Positions 48,901 to 56,714 of a DNA stretch of 64,000 nt are shown here, one piece after another (within the stretch, counting starts at the first letter, position 1; each line of letters opens with the position of its first letter). Location: the NCBI GenBank assembly GCA_029288725.1, contig JARIGS010000015.1, positions 3,518 to 67,517 on the forward strand, in the 5' to 3' direction. The position numbers were made by a program, and so were the translations under genes. The notes under the pieces are model-generated. The model was not told the DNA's origin. It did no database searches and saw only the letters and a program-made list of their open reading frames with translations. Source of the DNA: Candidatus Nomurabacteria bacterium (GTDB lineage: Bacteria; Patescibacteriota; Minisyncoccia; Phycocordibacterales; UBA9973).

Positions 48901-49662
48901 TGCTAATTTATATATTGTTCCATCGGTAATACTACCTCCGCAACCAACGGTATTTGAAGCCCCATTATTGTATGTTATGGCGGCTAAGGACGAAGCAGAG
49001 GCATAGACCACAAAGGCACTTGTGCCGGCAGCATTGAAGTTTGGGTCGCCGTATCCAAATAGCGTGTCTATAGGAGCACCGCTATTTTGACCGCGCGTAA
49101 CAGCGACCGCGATATTCAATCCTGAACTAGCAAAGGTGGTTTTTGACTTAACGTTTACTGCACCCCATCCTCCGCTGTAGCTGTTTTTTACAAGAAGACC
49201 GTTGTTTTGGCTAACGTTCGTTCCCGCAGTATCAGTAACAGTCCATTTAGTAGTATTGATAGTAGTGCCGCTAAAGTTATCTGAAAGCAACGTCACTGCA
49301 GGAGTAACCGCCGTTGAAGCGCTTGAAGCAGTACTTGTCCCAATGGCATTTGTTGCTGTCACCGTAAAGGTATATGCCGTATTGTCGGTCAGTCCGGTAA
49401 TAACGTGGGAGAGGCTGGTGCTGCCCGCATTGGTGTCCGTGCCGCCGGCCGGGATGGACGTGACGGTGTAGCCGGTGATAGCCGAGCCTCCGTCAGAGGC
49501 AGGCGCAGTGAAGTACACGGTCGCCTGTCCGTCTCCTGGTGTAGCAGCAACCCCAGTTGGGGCACCGGGTGCGGTTGCAGCATAGGCAAAAGAAAAAAAC
49601 ATCACGCTAAAAACAAACGCAAGAGGAAAAAGGAACAATGAGAATGTTTTACCTCGATTCAT
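45976..49662 (-). CDS. Large secreted/surface protein: FN3 repeats, SGNH/GDSL hydrolase, C-terminal peptidoglycan-binding domain
   Basis: Signal peptide; FN3 PGAPT..YTFTVTATN; SGNH blocks YGDSISEG, NHGTND, DSLHP; VQLLQQYLN..FGPATKTAVMKFQ. Confidence 0.88.
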   Translation of the reverse strand: MNRGKTFSLFLFPLAFVFSVMFFSFAYAATAPGAPTGVAATPGDGQATVYFTAPASDGGSAITGYTVTSIPAGGTDTNAGSTSLSHVITGLTDNTAYTFTVTATNAIGTSTASSASTAVTPAVTLLSDNFSGTTINTTKWTVTDTAGTNVSQNNGLLVKNSYSGGWGAVNVKSKTTFASSGLNIAVAVTRGQNSGAPIDTLFGYGDPNFNAAGTSAFVVYASASSLAAITYNNGASNTVGCGGSITDGTIYKLAVTGTGYAIYKNAGSGDVLLCNVPTAVTITNKPVFFQSGATGTPAQFNSLTVQGLGPTYTITGPARGLINTASSSFTVSPSAAYTGTITITPSGGGLSTPIVLNFNNSSTPQTFTITPTTGGLMTLALSNNGGLINPSTMSYAAITIGSSNSGLAYSPFNWYQGSGYAISQTPGAYIKTNFTGTSAIITLSEDPMVLNNGLAAYYPRLRYQVDGGATTEVLLTPTTTSIVAATGLSPGTHSLFILFSGDGGGTVSNPDRWITPAQAIEFTGLVLDNGATVSAPTLFPKRMLVYGDSISEGVYVNGITGSFPNTDEDITKAVPWLLAKDLNLELGSRALGGGGWSGTGSGGVPAIYTPGNDTSSSWNKYSYGKSLLTGGLFTPAPDYIYMNHGTNDNGSTDANLIAIIDGWLPAVRTAAPNAVIFIIVPFGQYKASAITSAYNAYIAANPSDKKVFLIDLGPAAATLISSGGAPDSLHPYAATDATFESEMLPMIKADLFPGAPTAVTATGGVTSATVSFTAPASAGTSAITGYTVTSIPAGGTDTNAGSTSLSHVITGLTPGTPYTFTVTATNGDGTGSASTASNSVTPTVSTAPVLSTPVVTPSTTSAVITWTSDLPSSSQVNHGPSTGYGHSTALTDTSPRVTNHTVTISGLLACTTYHYTASGATATSATVTSADAVFTTTGCTGNAPVSAAASTAIPTSGGTVSTASSAGDSATLTVPNAYNGSSLTFQVKSLDQQSFFAAASSPSGITAPSTPIVYNMKALDSSGAAVTTFSTPLSVTLHYTDAQIANLSESSLVIYRYDSGAWTALSNCSVDIGANTVTCTTSHFSDFAIFGTPAPAASSGTTSYVSGGGGPVHTTTSDCQTGERFSASSGLPCAVTPAVTTPNPVSTATFTMNLSLGSHNAQVQLLQQYLNTHGYVIAKTGPGSPGHETTTFGPATKTAVMKFQKAKHISPANGSFGPLTRKAVNLSL
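47228..47316. repeat. 89-bp perfect direct repeat, copy 1
   Basis: Identical to 49391-49479; encodes the ITGYTVTSIPAGGTDTNAGSTSLSHVITGL segment. Confidence 0.95.
49391..49479. repeat. 89-bp perfect direct repeat, copy 2
   Basis: Identical to 47228-47316. Confidence 0.95.
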
Positions 49663-49665
49663 GTC

Positions 49666-49971
49666 TTATAAATCTTTTAGATCTGCCATCGCATCATCAA
49701 GGTTAGCGACATCGGGCTGGCGCTCGTAGCCGGCAGGCTCGTTGATTTTGAGATTGACGCGGGCATTGTGCTTCATGCCAACAACGCGAAGAAGAGTGCG
49801 GATAGCCTTAGCAGTATTGCCGGAACGACCGATGATTTTGCCCATATCGGCTTGGTTGATAGAAAGAGTTAAAAGCACGCCCATTTCGTCAACAGTACGG
49901 TCAATCACAACGTCGTTTGGGTTATCAACAAGGGCTTTGATGAGCATTTCGAGAAATTCTTTGTCAGACAT
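49666..49971 (-). CDS. khpA: KH-domain RNA-binding protein
   Basis: LVDNP..V, DMGKIIGRSGNTAKAIRTLL; next to rpsP. Confidence 0.93.
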   Translation of the reverse strand: MSDKEFLEMLIKALVDNPNDVVIDRTVDEMGVLLTLSINQADMGKIIGRSGNTAKAIRTLLRVVGMKHNARVNLKINEPAGYERQPDVANLDDAMADLKDL

Positions 49972-50050
49972 AGGAAATTAAGGAGATTATTACTAATGTA
50001 CCTGATGGCACTTATATAGAGTATAGCGAAAAGTAAATAATAAATAAAGA

Positions 50051-50077
50051 AAAGTGCACGCCGACGGCGTGCACTTT
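50051..50077 (-). terminator. Intrinsic terminator after rpsP
   Basis: aaagtgcacgccg-a-cggcgtgcacttt with T-rich tail on the minus strand. Confidence 0.7.
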
Positions 50078-50089
50078 AAGTGTTAAACA

Positions 50090-50395
50090 CTATTTCTTTT
50101 TGGCATCCTTGCGCTTCACAGTTGGACTTTTCTTTGAAAGCACGTTCTTTGCGCGGCCTTCGATGATGCCCTGCTTCACGAGCATGTTGTGAGCAGTGTC
50201 AGATACCTGAGCACCGTTGCCCATCCAGTAGACGATGCGGTCCTTCTTGAAGTTTGCGAGATCGCTTTTCACGGTGAAAGAACCGAGAATTTCCAAGAAC
50301 TTACCACTCTGTGGCCCGTTTTTAGAATCCGTCACGACAAGACGAAAAGCTGGTTCATTTCTGCGCCCGATGCGCTGTAATCGAATCTTTAACAT
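50090..50395 (-). CDS. rpsP: 30S ribosomal protein S16
   Basis: MLKIRLQRIGRRNEPAFRLVVTDS, GAQVSDT; start ATG 50395. Confidence 0.97.
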   Translation of the reverse strand: MLKIRLQRIGRRNEPAFRLVVTDSKNGPQSGKFLEILGSFTVKSDLANFKKDRIVYWMGNGAQVSDTAHNMLVKQGIIEGRAKNVLSKKSPTVKRKDAKKK

Positions 50396-50462
50396 GTGGG
50401 GGTTATCGTAGCAGACAAACAAAAAAACGTCAATAACCATATAGTTATCGACGTTTATAGCC

Positions 50463-50840
50463 TCAGGCTGCGACGGGATCCGCCATTTCTTCAACAATCT
50501 TGTTTTTAGCGTCTCCAAAAAGAACCTTGTACTTTTTCGCTTCTTCTACATTTGTAAGATGCTGCCAGCGTGTTTCTTTCTGGTTAAGCGCATTGGGCAC
50601 CAGGGCTAGCTCAAATTCCTTTAATTTGTAATCATCAAAATCAAAGAGGTTTTTTCGGTCAAAAGGAGTAGCAAGGACAATTTCGTTTACCGTATCGCCG
50701 TTGCTGACACACATAAGGGGAACCTTGTGCGCCCGAAAGGTCTGCTTAACACCGATTACTAAATCGAAAAAATCATCGCTAAAAATCAGTACTTCTCCAA
50801 TAAGAATGACATACCGTACAGAATTAGGGGTTTCGTTCAT
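50463..50840 (-). CDS. Hypothetical protein (AT-rich orphan)
   Basis: 125-aa ORF from ATG 50840 with TTGACA..TATTAT upstream. Confidence 0.55.
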   Translation of the reverse strand: MNETPNSVRYVILIGEVLIFSDDFFDLVIGVKQTFRAHKVPLMCVSNGDTVNEIVLATPFDRKNLFDFDDYKLKEFELALVPNALNQKETRWQHLTNVEEAKKYKVLFGDAKNKIVEEMADPVAA

Positions 50841-50931
50841 CTTTATGTAATTAATAGTTTTAAAAAATAATACTATTTTTTCATTATATGTCAATAATCT
50901 CCTTCATTCTTAGGCGAAGTCGTGCTACAGT

Positions 50932-52890
50932 ATGACCTATATGGAACAGGCTATTCCCGACCTCAAGGTCGGAGCGGTATATGAAGGACCGATCAATATC
51001 TCTACTAAAGGAACTGGTTTTGTAAAAGTTCGCGATCTTGATATCACCATTGAAGTTGAGCGTGAGGCATTAAATAAGGCCTTTCATGGCGATATCGTAA
51101 AGGTTGAAGTCACGACCATGAATGCTCCCCTGTCTCGCGAAGGCAATCCCGGTGGCAAGGTCATCGACATCGTTCGTCGCGCAAAAGTGGGCTACAGTGG
51201 CACGCTGAGCTTTGAAGGCGGAGCGCACTGCATCATGTCCAATGACGGGCGAATGTATACGCCTATCATTATTCCCAATGACAAGCTCAATGGTGCCGTT
51301 CAGGGTGACAAGGTCTTTTGCCGCATCCATGAATGGAATGACCCGATGGCTGCCCCAACGGGTGAGGTCACTCGCGTACTCGGTAAGCCGCTTGAGAACA
51401 ACGCGGAAATGCTGGCCCTCGCTTTGGAAAAGGGCTTTGACAATTCCTATCCTGATGCCGTCATTGCCGAAGCGCACGCTATCAGCGAGCATGGCATTAC
51501 TGAGGAGGAAAAAAACAATCGCCGCGATTTTCGCCCGATCGTAACGTTCACGATCGACCCGGAAGATGCCAAGGACTTTGACGATGCCATTTCGGTGCAC
51601 TTTTTGGAAAACGGCAATACCGAAATTGGTATTCACATTGCCGACGTATCGCACTATGTCCAGCCTGGCATGGCTATTGATAAGGAGGCGGCTGAACGCG
51701 CAACGTCTGTCTATCTGGTGGACCGTACTATTCCCATGCTGCCGGAGGTACTTTCAAACGACCTCTGCAGTCTCAATCCACACGTTGACCGTCTGACCTT
51801 TTCTGCCGTCTTTACCTTTACTCCTGAAATGCAAATTATAGATCAATATTTTGGCAAGACCGTGATCTATTCACACCAGCGCTTCACGTATGAAAACGCC
51901 CAGGCTGTCCTTGATACAAAACAAGGACCGTATCTCAAGGAGCTTGAAGCGGCATTGGCAGTGGGAAAATTCCTTGAGAAGCAGCGCTTCATCGAGGGTG
52001 CGATCTCACTCGAGACTGAGGAAGTGAAGTTCAAGCTGGATGCCGATGGCTTCCCTATTGGCGTATATAAAAAAGTTCGCGGGGAAACCCATCACATGAT
52101 TGAGGAATTGATGTTGCTTGCAAATCGTAAGGTGGCGGAATTTATCGCCACCAGTGACAAGCATGCTGATGAAGTATTCGTCTTCCGCGTGCACGATCAT
52201 CCAGACCCAGAACGAGTAGAAAATTTGCAGCTGTTTTTGAAGCGCATTGGCTACAACCTTAGCGTTGATGAGAATGGTGTCATTCCTTCGAAGGAATTGA
52301 ATGATCTCGTCCAGTCGCTTGAAGGCAAGCCGGAAAAAGAGACCGTTCAGACTGCCATCGTTCGCTCAATGGCCAAGGCAATCTATTCCACCAAGAATAT
52401 CGGCCACTATGGTCTGGCATTCAAGTACTACACCCACTTCACTTCCCCAATTCGCCGCTACCCTGACCTCGTGGTGCATCGTCTGCTTTTTGAATACCTC
52501 CAACACAAGACCATTCCCAAGGAACTGTGGCACTACTATGACGAGATTTCCCAGCATGCCTCACAGCGCGAGAAAGAGGCAGCTGATGCGGAACGTGCAA
52601 GTATCAAGTACAAGCAGGTTGAATACATGACTGGCCATGTCGGCGAGACATTCAACGGCGTTGTCACCGGTGTTTCCAAGAATGGTCTGTTCGTTGAGGA
52701 GAAAGAAACCCGTTGCGAGGGCATGATTCGCCTGCGCGACCTCGGCCATGACTATTTTGAATACAATGAGAAAACCTTGACTATTGTCGGTAAAAGCACT
52801 AAAAAGGAATTTCGTATCGGGGACGAGCTACGATTCAAGGTAACGGGGGCTGACCTCACGAAGCGATTGATTGATTACGCATTAGTATGA
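50932..52890 (+). CDS. rnr: Ribonuclease R
   Basis: TFTIDPEDAKDFDDA, HIADVSHYV, HFTSPIRRYPDL, S1 domain; start may be ATG 50941. Confidence 0.96.
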   Translation: MTYMEQAIPDLKVGAVYEGPINISTKGTGFVKVRDLDITIEVEREALNKAFHGDIVKVEVTTMNAPLSREGNPGGKVIDIVRRAKVGYSGTLSFEGGAHCIMSNDGRMYTPIIIPNDKLNGAVQGDKVFCRIHEWNDPMAAPTGEVTRVLGKPLENNAEMLALALEKGFDNSYPDAVIAEAHAISEHGITEEEKNNRRDFRPIVTFTIDPEDAKDFDDAISVHFLENGNTEIGIHIADVSHYVQPGMAIDKEAAERATSVYLVDRTIPMLPEVLSNDLCSLNPHVDRLTFSAVFTFTPEMQIIDQYFGKTVIYSHQRFTYENAQAVLDTKQGPYLKELEAALAVGKFLEKQRFIEGAISLETEEVKFKLDADGFPIGVYKKVRGETHHMIEELMLLANRKVAEFIATSDKHADEVFVFRVHDHPDPERVENLQLFLKRIGYNLSVDENGVIPSKELNDLVQSLEGKPEKETVQTAIVRSMAKAIYSTKNIGHYGLAFKYYTHFTSPIRRYPDLVVHRLLFEYLQHKTIPKELWHYYDEISQHASQREKEAADAERASIKYKQVEYMTGHVGETFNGVVTGVSKNGLFVEEKETRCEGMIRLRDLGHDYFEYNEKTLTIVGKSTKKEFRIGDELRFKVTGADLTKRLIDYALV

Positions 52891-53987
52891 TGAAAAAAAT
52901 AGTATTGGTTTTAGTGTGTCTGGCAGCAGCCGGCGGGGTCTGGTATCTGTCCGTCATTCATACTCATGATGTGGATAATGCTGCACCGGTTTCTACGATC
53001 GCACATACGATCAGTGTTGGATGGGTCGGCGACATGGTACCGTCAAGCGATATTGGTTACAACCTTACGGCTCTCAATGCCGTTACCGACAGTCTTGAAC
53101 AGCCTGACCTGATGATGGGAAATCTGGAAGGCACCTTTGCCCAGGCTGACCGCACTTCGAAATGTCTCTCTCTCACGAGTATGTGTCATGCCTTTCAGGG
53201 AGACTCATCATTCGCTGATACCCTTAAGGCAGCCGGTTTTGATTTTGTCAGTCTCGTTAACAATCACTCATATGATTTCGGTGACAAGGGTCTAGCTGAC
53301 ACCGAAGCGGAACTTGATCGTGTCGGTCTTGCCTACATCGCACCGAATAAACAGAGTACTTCCCTCACCATCAAAGGGGTGAAGATCGGCATCGTGGGAC
53401 TTTCAAGCAGCCCTTCCGGCAGTGCAACACAAGGAACGATCAATGACTACAGCTACATTGCCAACACTGTCATCCAGTTAAAAAAGGACAATGACATCGT
53501 GATTGTGATCTTCCACGGCGGCGCAGAAGGTGCGGACAAGACAAAAGTACCTGGCACCAATGAATACATGGGCAGTGAAAACCGCGGTAACGTTCAGGCC
53601 GTTGCCTATACCGCCATCAATGCCGGTGCCGACCTTGTTCTCGGTGACGGGCCGCATGTCTTGCGCAAAGTGGAATGGTATAACAACAAGCCAATCGCCT
53701 ACTCACTCGGCAATTTCGTTGGTGGCAAGGGGCGTCTGTCCACCCCTTCATCGAATGCAGAGCAACCGACAAGCCCATTGTCATTGGGAGGAATTTTTAC
53801 TGCAACATTCAATGCTCCTTCCCTTTCTCCCGCTTCAACCGAAGCATTGTCAGGTGAAAGACCGCACTTTGCCCCTACCGCTACGGGATTCACCTCTGTC
53901 ATTCTTTCCAAGGATGGCATTCCGTCACTTGATCCCACTGATCAGGCAAAGCACTTACTTGATTCCCTTTCAGGACCGATTCATTAA
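52887..53987 (+). CDS. CapA-family metallophosphatase-fold protein
   Basis: VGD, GNLEG, NNHSYDFG, FHGGAE, GPHV, YSLGNF; N-terminal TM. Confidence 0.9.
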   Translation: MMKKIVLVLVCLAAAGGVWYLSVIHTHDVDNAAPVSTIAHTISVGWVGDMVPSSDIGYNLTALNAVTDSLEQPDLMMGNLEGTFAQADRTSKCLSLTSMCHAFQGDSSFADTLKAAGFDFVSLVNNHSYDFGDKGLADTEAELDRVGLAYIAPNKQSTSLTIKGVKIGIVGLSSSPSGSATQGTINDYSYIANTVIQLKKDNDIVIVIFHGGAEGADKTKVPGTNEYMGSENRGNVQAVAYTAINAGADLVLGDGPHVLRKVEWYNNKPIAYSLGNFVGGKGRLSTPSSNAEQPTSPLSLGGIFTATFNAPSLSPASTEALSGERPHFAPTATGFTSVILSKDGIPSLDPTDQAKHLLDSLSGPIH

Positions 53988-54026
53988 TGAAAACATAAAA
54001 GCCGAAACACATGCGTTTCGGCTTTT

Positions 54027-54335
54027 TCACTTAACCCAGGCCAATTGGCTAACCTTTTTCTGACCCCCTTCCCCGTCCGAAGCAATCAGCTTCATTTTTC
54101 TGTCTGGCACGTAAACAATTAACAGCGGACATACCGCTTGGTACTGCAGCGCAGCACGGATCATTACATCTTTCCATTGATGATTCTGATAAAAAGTAGG
54201 TTTCAAGGAGGAACACCATGTTTCTCTGGATTCAGCATACCAAACCTCCACCGTATTGCAAAGAAAAAAGCCAGGTGGTACTACCATCTGGCTATGACTT
54301 TTATGGCCCGAATGTGGCCATCTCCTCAACTTCAC
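54027..54335 (-). pseudogene. Possible orphan gene fragment
   Basis: 102-aa GTG ORF in frame, across one TAA, with a 45-codon ATG ORF that follows a TTGACA-17-TATGAT promoter. Confidence 0.3.
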
Positions 54336-54609
54336 TTTGTCCTTTTACTTCATTAAGGTGATCTTGTAGAAGGCATATGTTCCTTTCTTTTTAAGACGTA
54401 AACGCGGCAGCCGGGTTAAAATGATGATGCTACAAAACGGGTTTTTGGAGGTGATTTCATGATATGTGGTTTTGAGGTACATACTTGAGCAATACACGCC
54501 GTATTACTCTATCAAAAATATCATATCACTTTATGGTGTTTTTGTCAAGCAAAAACCGGCATCCGAAGATGCCGGTGTAAGAGGTACCAAGTCGCGGTAG
54601 GTCAGTGCA

Positions 54610-54867
54610 TTAATTGACCCTTGGTTCCTTTTTGGGTTTAATTTCAGGGAAAATGTAGAGCATTATTACAATGAGCAATATCACTGCCCAAATAATAAGA
54701 GGGGCAAAATATATCCACCCTGAATGGTAGGTCATATTGAATAGCCAATGCAACATACCCATGGTAAGTGCCCAGGCAATGCATGCTGCAATTAGTATGC
54801 CTATCAAAATTTCTTTTTCAGCGGTTAGCCACTTTTTTCTTTCTCCTTGTTTTTCTTTAGTTATCAT
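54610..54867 (-). CDS. Small two-TM orphan protein
   Basis: Two hydrophobic helices; terminator-like hairpin at 54551-54577. Confidence 0.6.
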   Translation of the reverse strand: MITKEKQGERKKWLTAEKEILIGILIAACIAWALTMGMLHWLFNMTYHSGWIYFAPLIIWAVILLIVIMLYIFPEIKPKKEPRVN

Positions 54868-54973
54868 TGCGAACAATTTGTTTTTCCTTATATTGCCATA
54901 TATCCACTTATAGTCAATCTTTTGGTGGATTGCGGAAACGAGGCTTTTCTGCTATAGTAGACCTGTTTCACCT

Positions 54974-55192
54974 ATGGCCGCAACGCTACACAGTCTTCAA
55001 TTAATCACCGCAATCGCCCTTATCGTATTGGTGCTCCTCCAGCGCACAAGTCCAGATACTGGCAGCAACTTCGGTGACAGTATGTCATTCTTTCAAACTC
55101 GACGAGGCTTTGAACGCCTTTTGTTTGTGCTGACAATTATTGTGGCAGTAGTATTTGCTGCACTCTCTATTTGGGTCATCGCATTGGCATAA
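54974..55192 (+). CDS. secG: Preprotein translocase subunit SecG
   Basis: LVLLQ..G..FG..TRRGFERLLFVLTI; two TMs. Confidence 0.9.
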   Translation: MAATLHSLQLITAIALIVLVLLQRTSPDTGSNFGDSMSFFQTRRGFERLLFVLTIIVAVVFAALSIWVIALA

Positions 55193-55252
55193 GCCAACCG
55201 ATATTTCGATAGCATTACGGTGAGATCTCTGTAGCATTCTGCAGACTCGTCT

Positions 55253-56713
55253 ATGACATCCTTTTTCTCTTTTCTTACGACAAAAAAATTTCCTTCTCGC
55301 CAGACCATCCGCACCCTACTCAGCGGACCACTTACTGCGCTTAGCGTTACCGTCTATGCCCTCTTTTTCGCACTCTGTGGCACATTATTTGCATTAATTG
55401 TTATCGTTAACAACCATTTTCTTACCACCGTGCCAGCCCGTGGCGGCAACCTGGCCGAGGGTGTTATCGGCGCTCCGCACAGTATCAATCCTCTACTCGC
55501 TACCACTGCCACTGACCAGCGTCTTGTAGCATTGGTCTATGGTAGCCTGATGAAGACCGATGACAATGACAACATTGTTCCATCCCTTGCCACCGACTAC
55601 AGCGTTTCTCCTGATGGCACTACCTATACTGTCACTCTTGCACCAAAGTTGCATTTTGATGATGGCAAGCCCCTTACCAGTGAGGATGTTGTCTTCACCG
55701 TTCAGAAAATGCAGGACAATAGCATCAGTACTGCCAGCCAGTATTGGCAAAACATTACGGTGGAAAATCCTGACCCTACGACGGTAGTATTTACCCTCCC
55801 TGCTCCTGATACTTCATTTATCAATCACCTGACCTTTGGCATTTTGCCGGAACACATCTGGCACACTATTTCGGATGAAGATTTTGATACTGCTTCACAA
55901 AATCTTAAGCCAGTTGGAGCCGGAACGTTTAAGGTAACAGAGGTAACGTATAGTGATGGCATTCCGACAGACGTAGTACTGAAGCGCAACAAGTATGTGA
56001 CCGGTACCCCAGCACTGCTTCGAACACTGACAATCAAAAGTTTCGCCAATCAAACCGATCTCATGACTGCACTGAACGACGGAGATGTGGACTTCTCCTA
56101 CTCAATCAACGCTGATTCGTTTGACCAACAGACAGTGCGTCCTCGTCTGAAAGTACAGTCCGTATCAACCGACCAGACCGTCGCCCTCTACCATTCCTCA
56201 CAGGACAATGCCCTTTCCAACCCTGCCGTTATTGCCCAAATCGAGCAAATCATTGACAAAAATGCTATAATTGCTACAGTACAACACGGTTATGGCACTC
56301 CGGCAGGAGCGACTACACATCCTCAGAACGTTTCTCTTAAGAACGTTCCCTCTGGATTTTCAATAGCGGTTGAGAACGATCCCGCCCTACTGTCCGCAGC
56401 ACAGACATTCGCTGATCAGCTGCAGCACTACGGCATCACCGTTTCAATCAGAGCCTTTGATCCTGGAATATTCCAGCAATACCGCGATAATGGGACATTC
56501 TCACTATTCCTTGCTCGAAGCAACGATGAGCCAATCCCTTCCCGCTATAGTATTGCCATTCCTTTGTATACAGAATCCTTGCCGTACGTATTCACGCCAA
56601 CTACGCATACCATTATCGCCAACACGTTAGAGTCTCCCGCGACGGAGTACGACGATGTTCGAAACTGGTACACGCATACCGACAGATTATGGAAAATTTT
56701 TAATAACAAATAA
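55253..56713 (+). CDS. ABC transporter substrate-binding protein family 5, membrane-anchored
   Basis: INPL..LVYGSL, FDDGKPLTSEDVVFT, PVGAGTFK. Confidence 0.85.
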   Translation: MTSFFSFLTTKKFPSRQTIRTLLSGPLTALSVTVYALFFALCGTLFALIVIVNNHFLTTVPARGGNLAEGVIGAPHSINPLLATTATDQRLVALVYGSLMKTDDNDNIVPSLATDYSVSPDGTTYTVTLAPKLHFDDGKPLTSEDVVFTVQKMQDNSISTASQYWQNITVENPDPTTVVFTLPAPDTSFINHLTFGILPEHIWHTISDEDFDTASQNLKPVGAGTFKVTEVTYSDGIPTDVVLKRNKYVTGTPALLRTLTIKSFANQTDLMTALNDGDVDFSYSINADSFDQQTVRPRLKVQSVSTDQTVALYHSSQDNALSNPAVIAQIEQIIDKNAIIATVQHGYGTPAGATTHPQNVSLKNVPSGFSIAVENDPALLSAAQTFADQLQHYGITVSIRAFDPGIFQQYRDNGTFSLFLARSNDEPIPSRYSIAIPLYTESLPYVFTPTTHTIIANTLESPATEYDDVRNWYTHTDRLWKIFNNK

Positions 56714-56714
56714 T

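Noticed and set aside
53838-53855. accgaagcattgtcaggt in the CapA-family gene as a family B copy
   Set aside because: Only the left half matches and the hairpin is not retained
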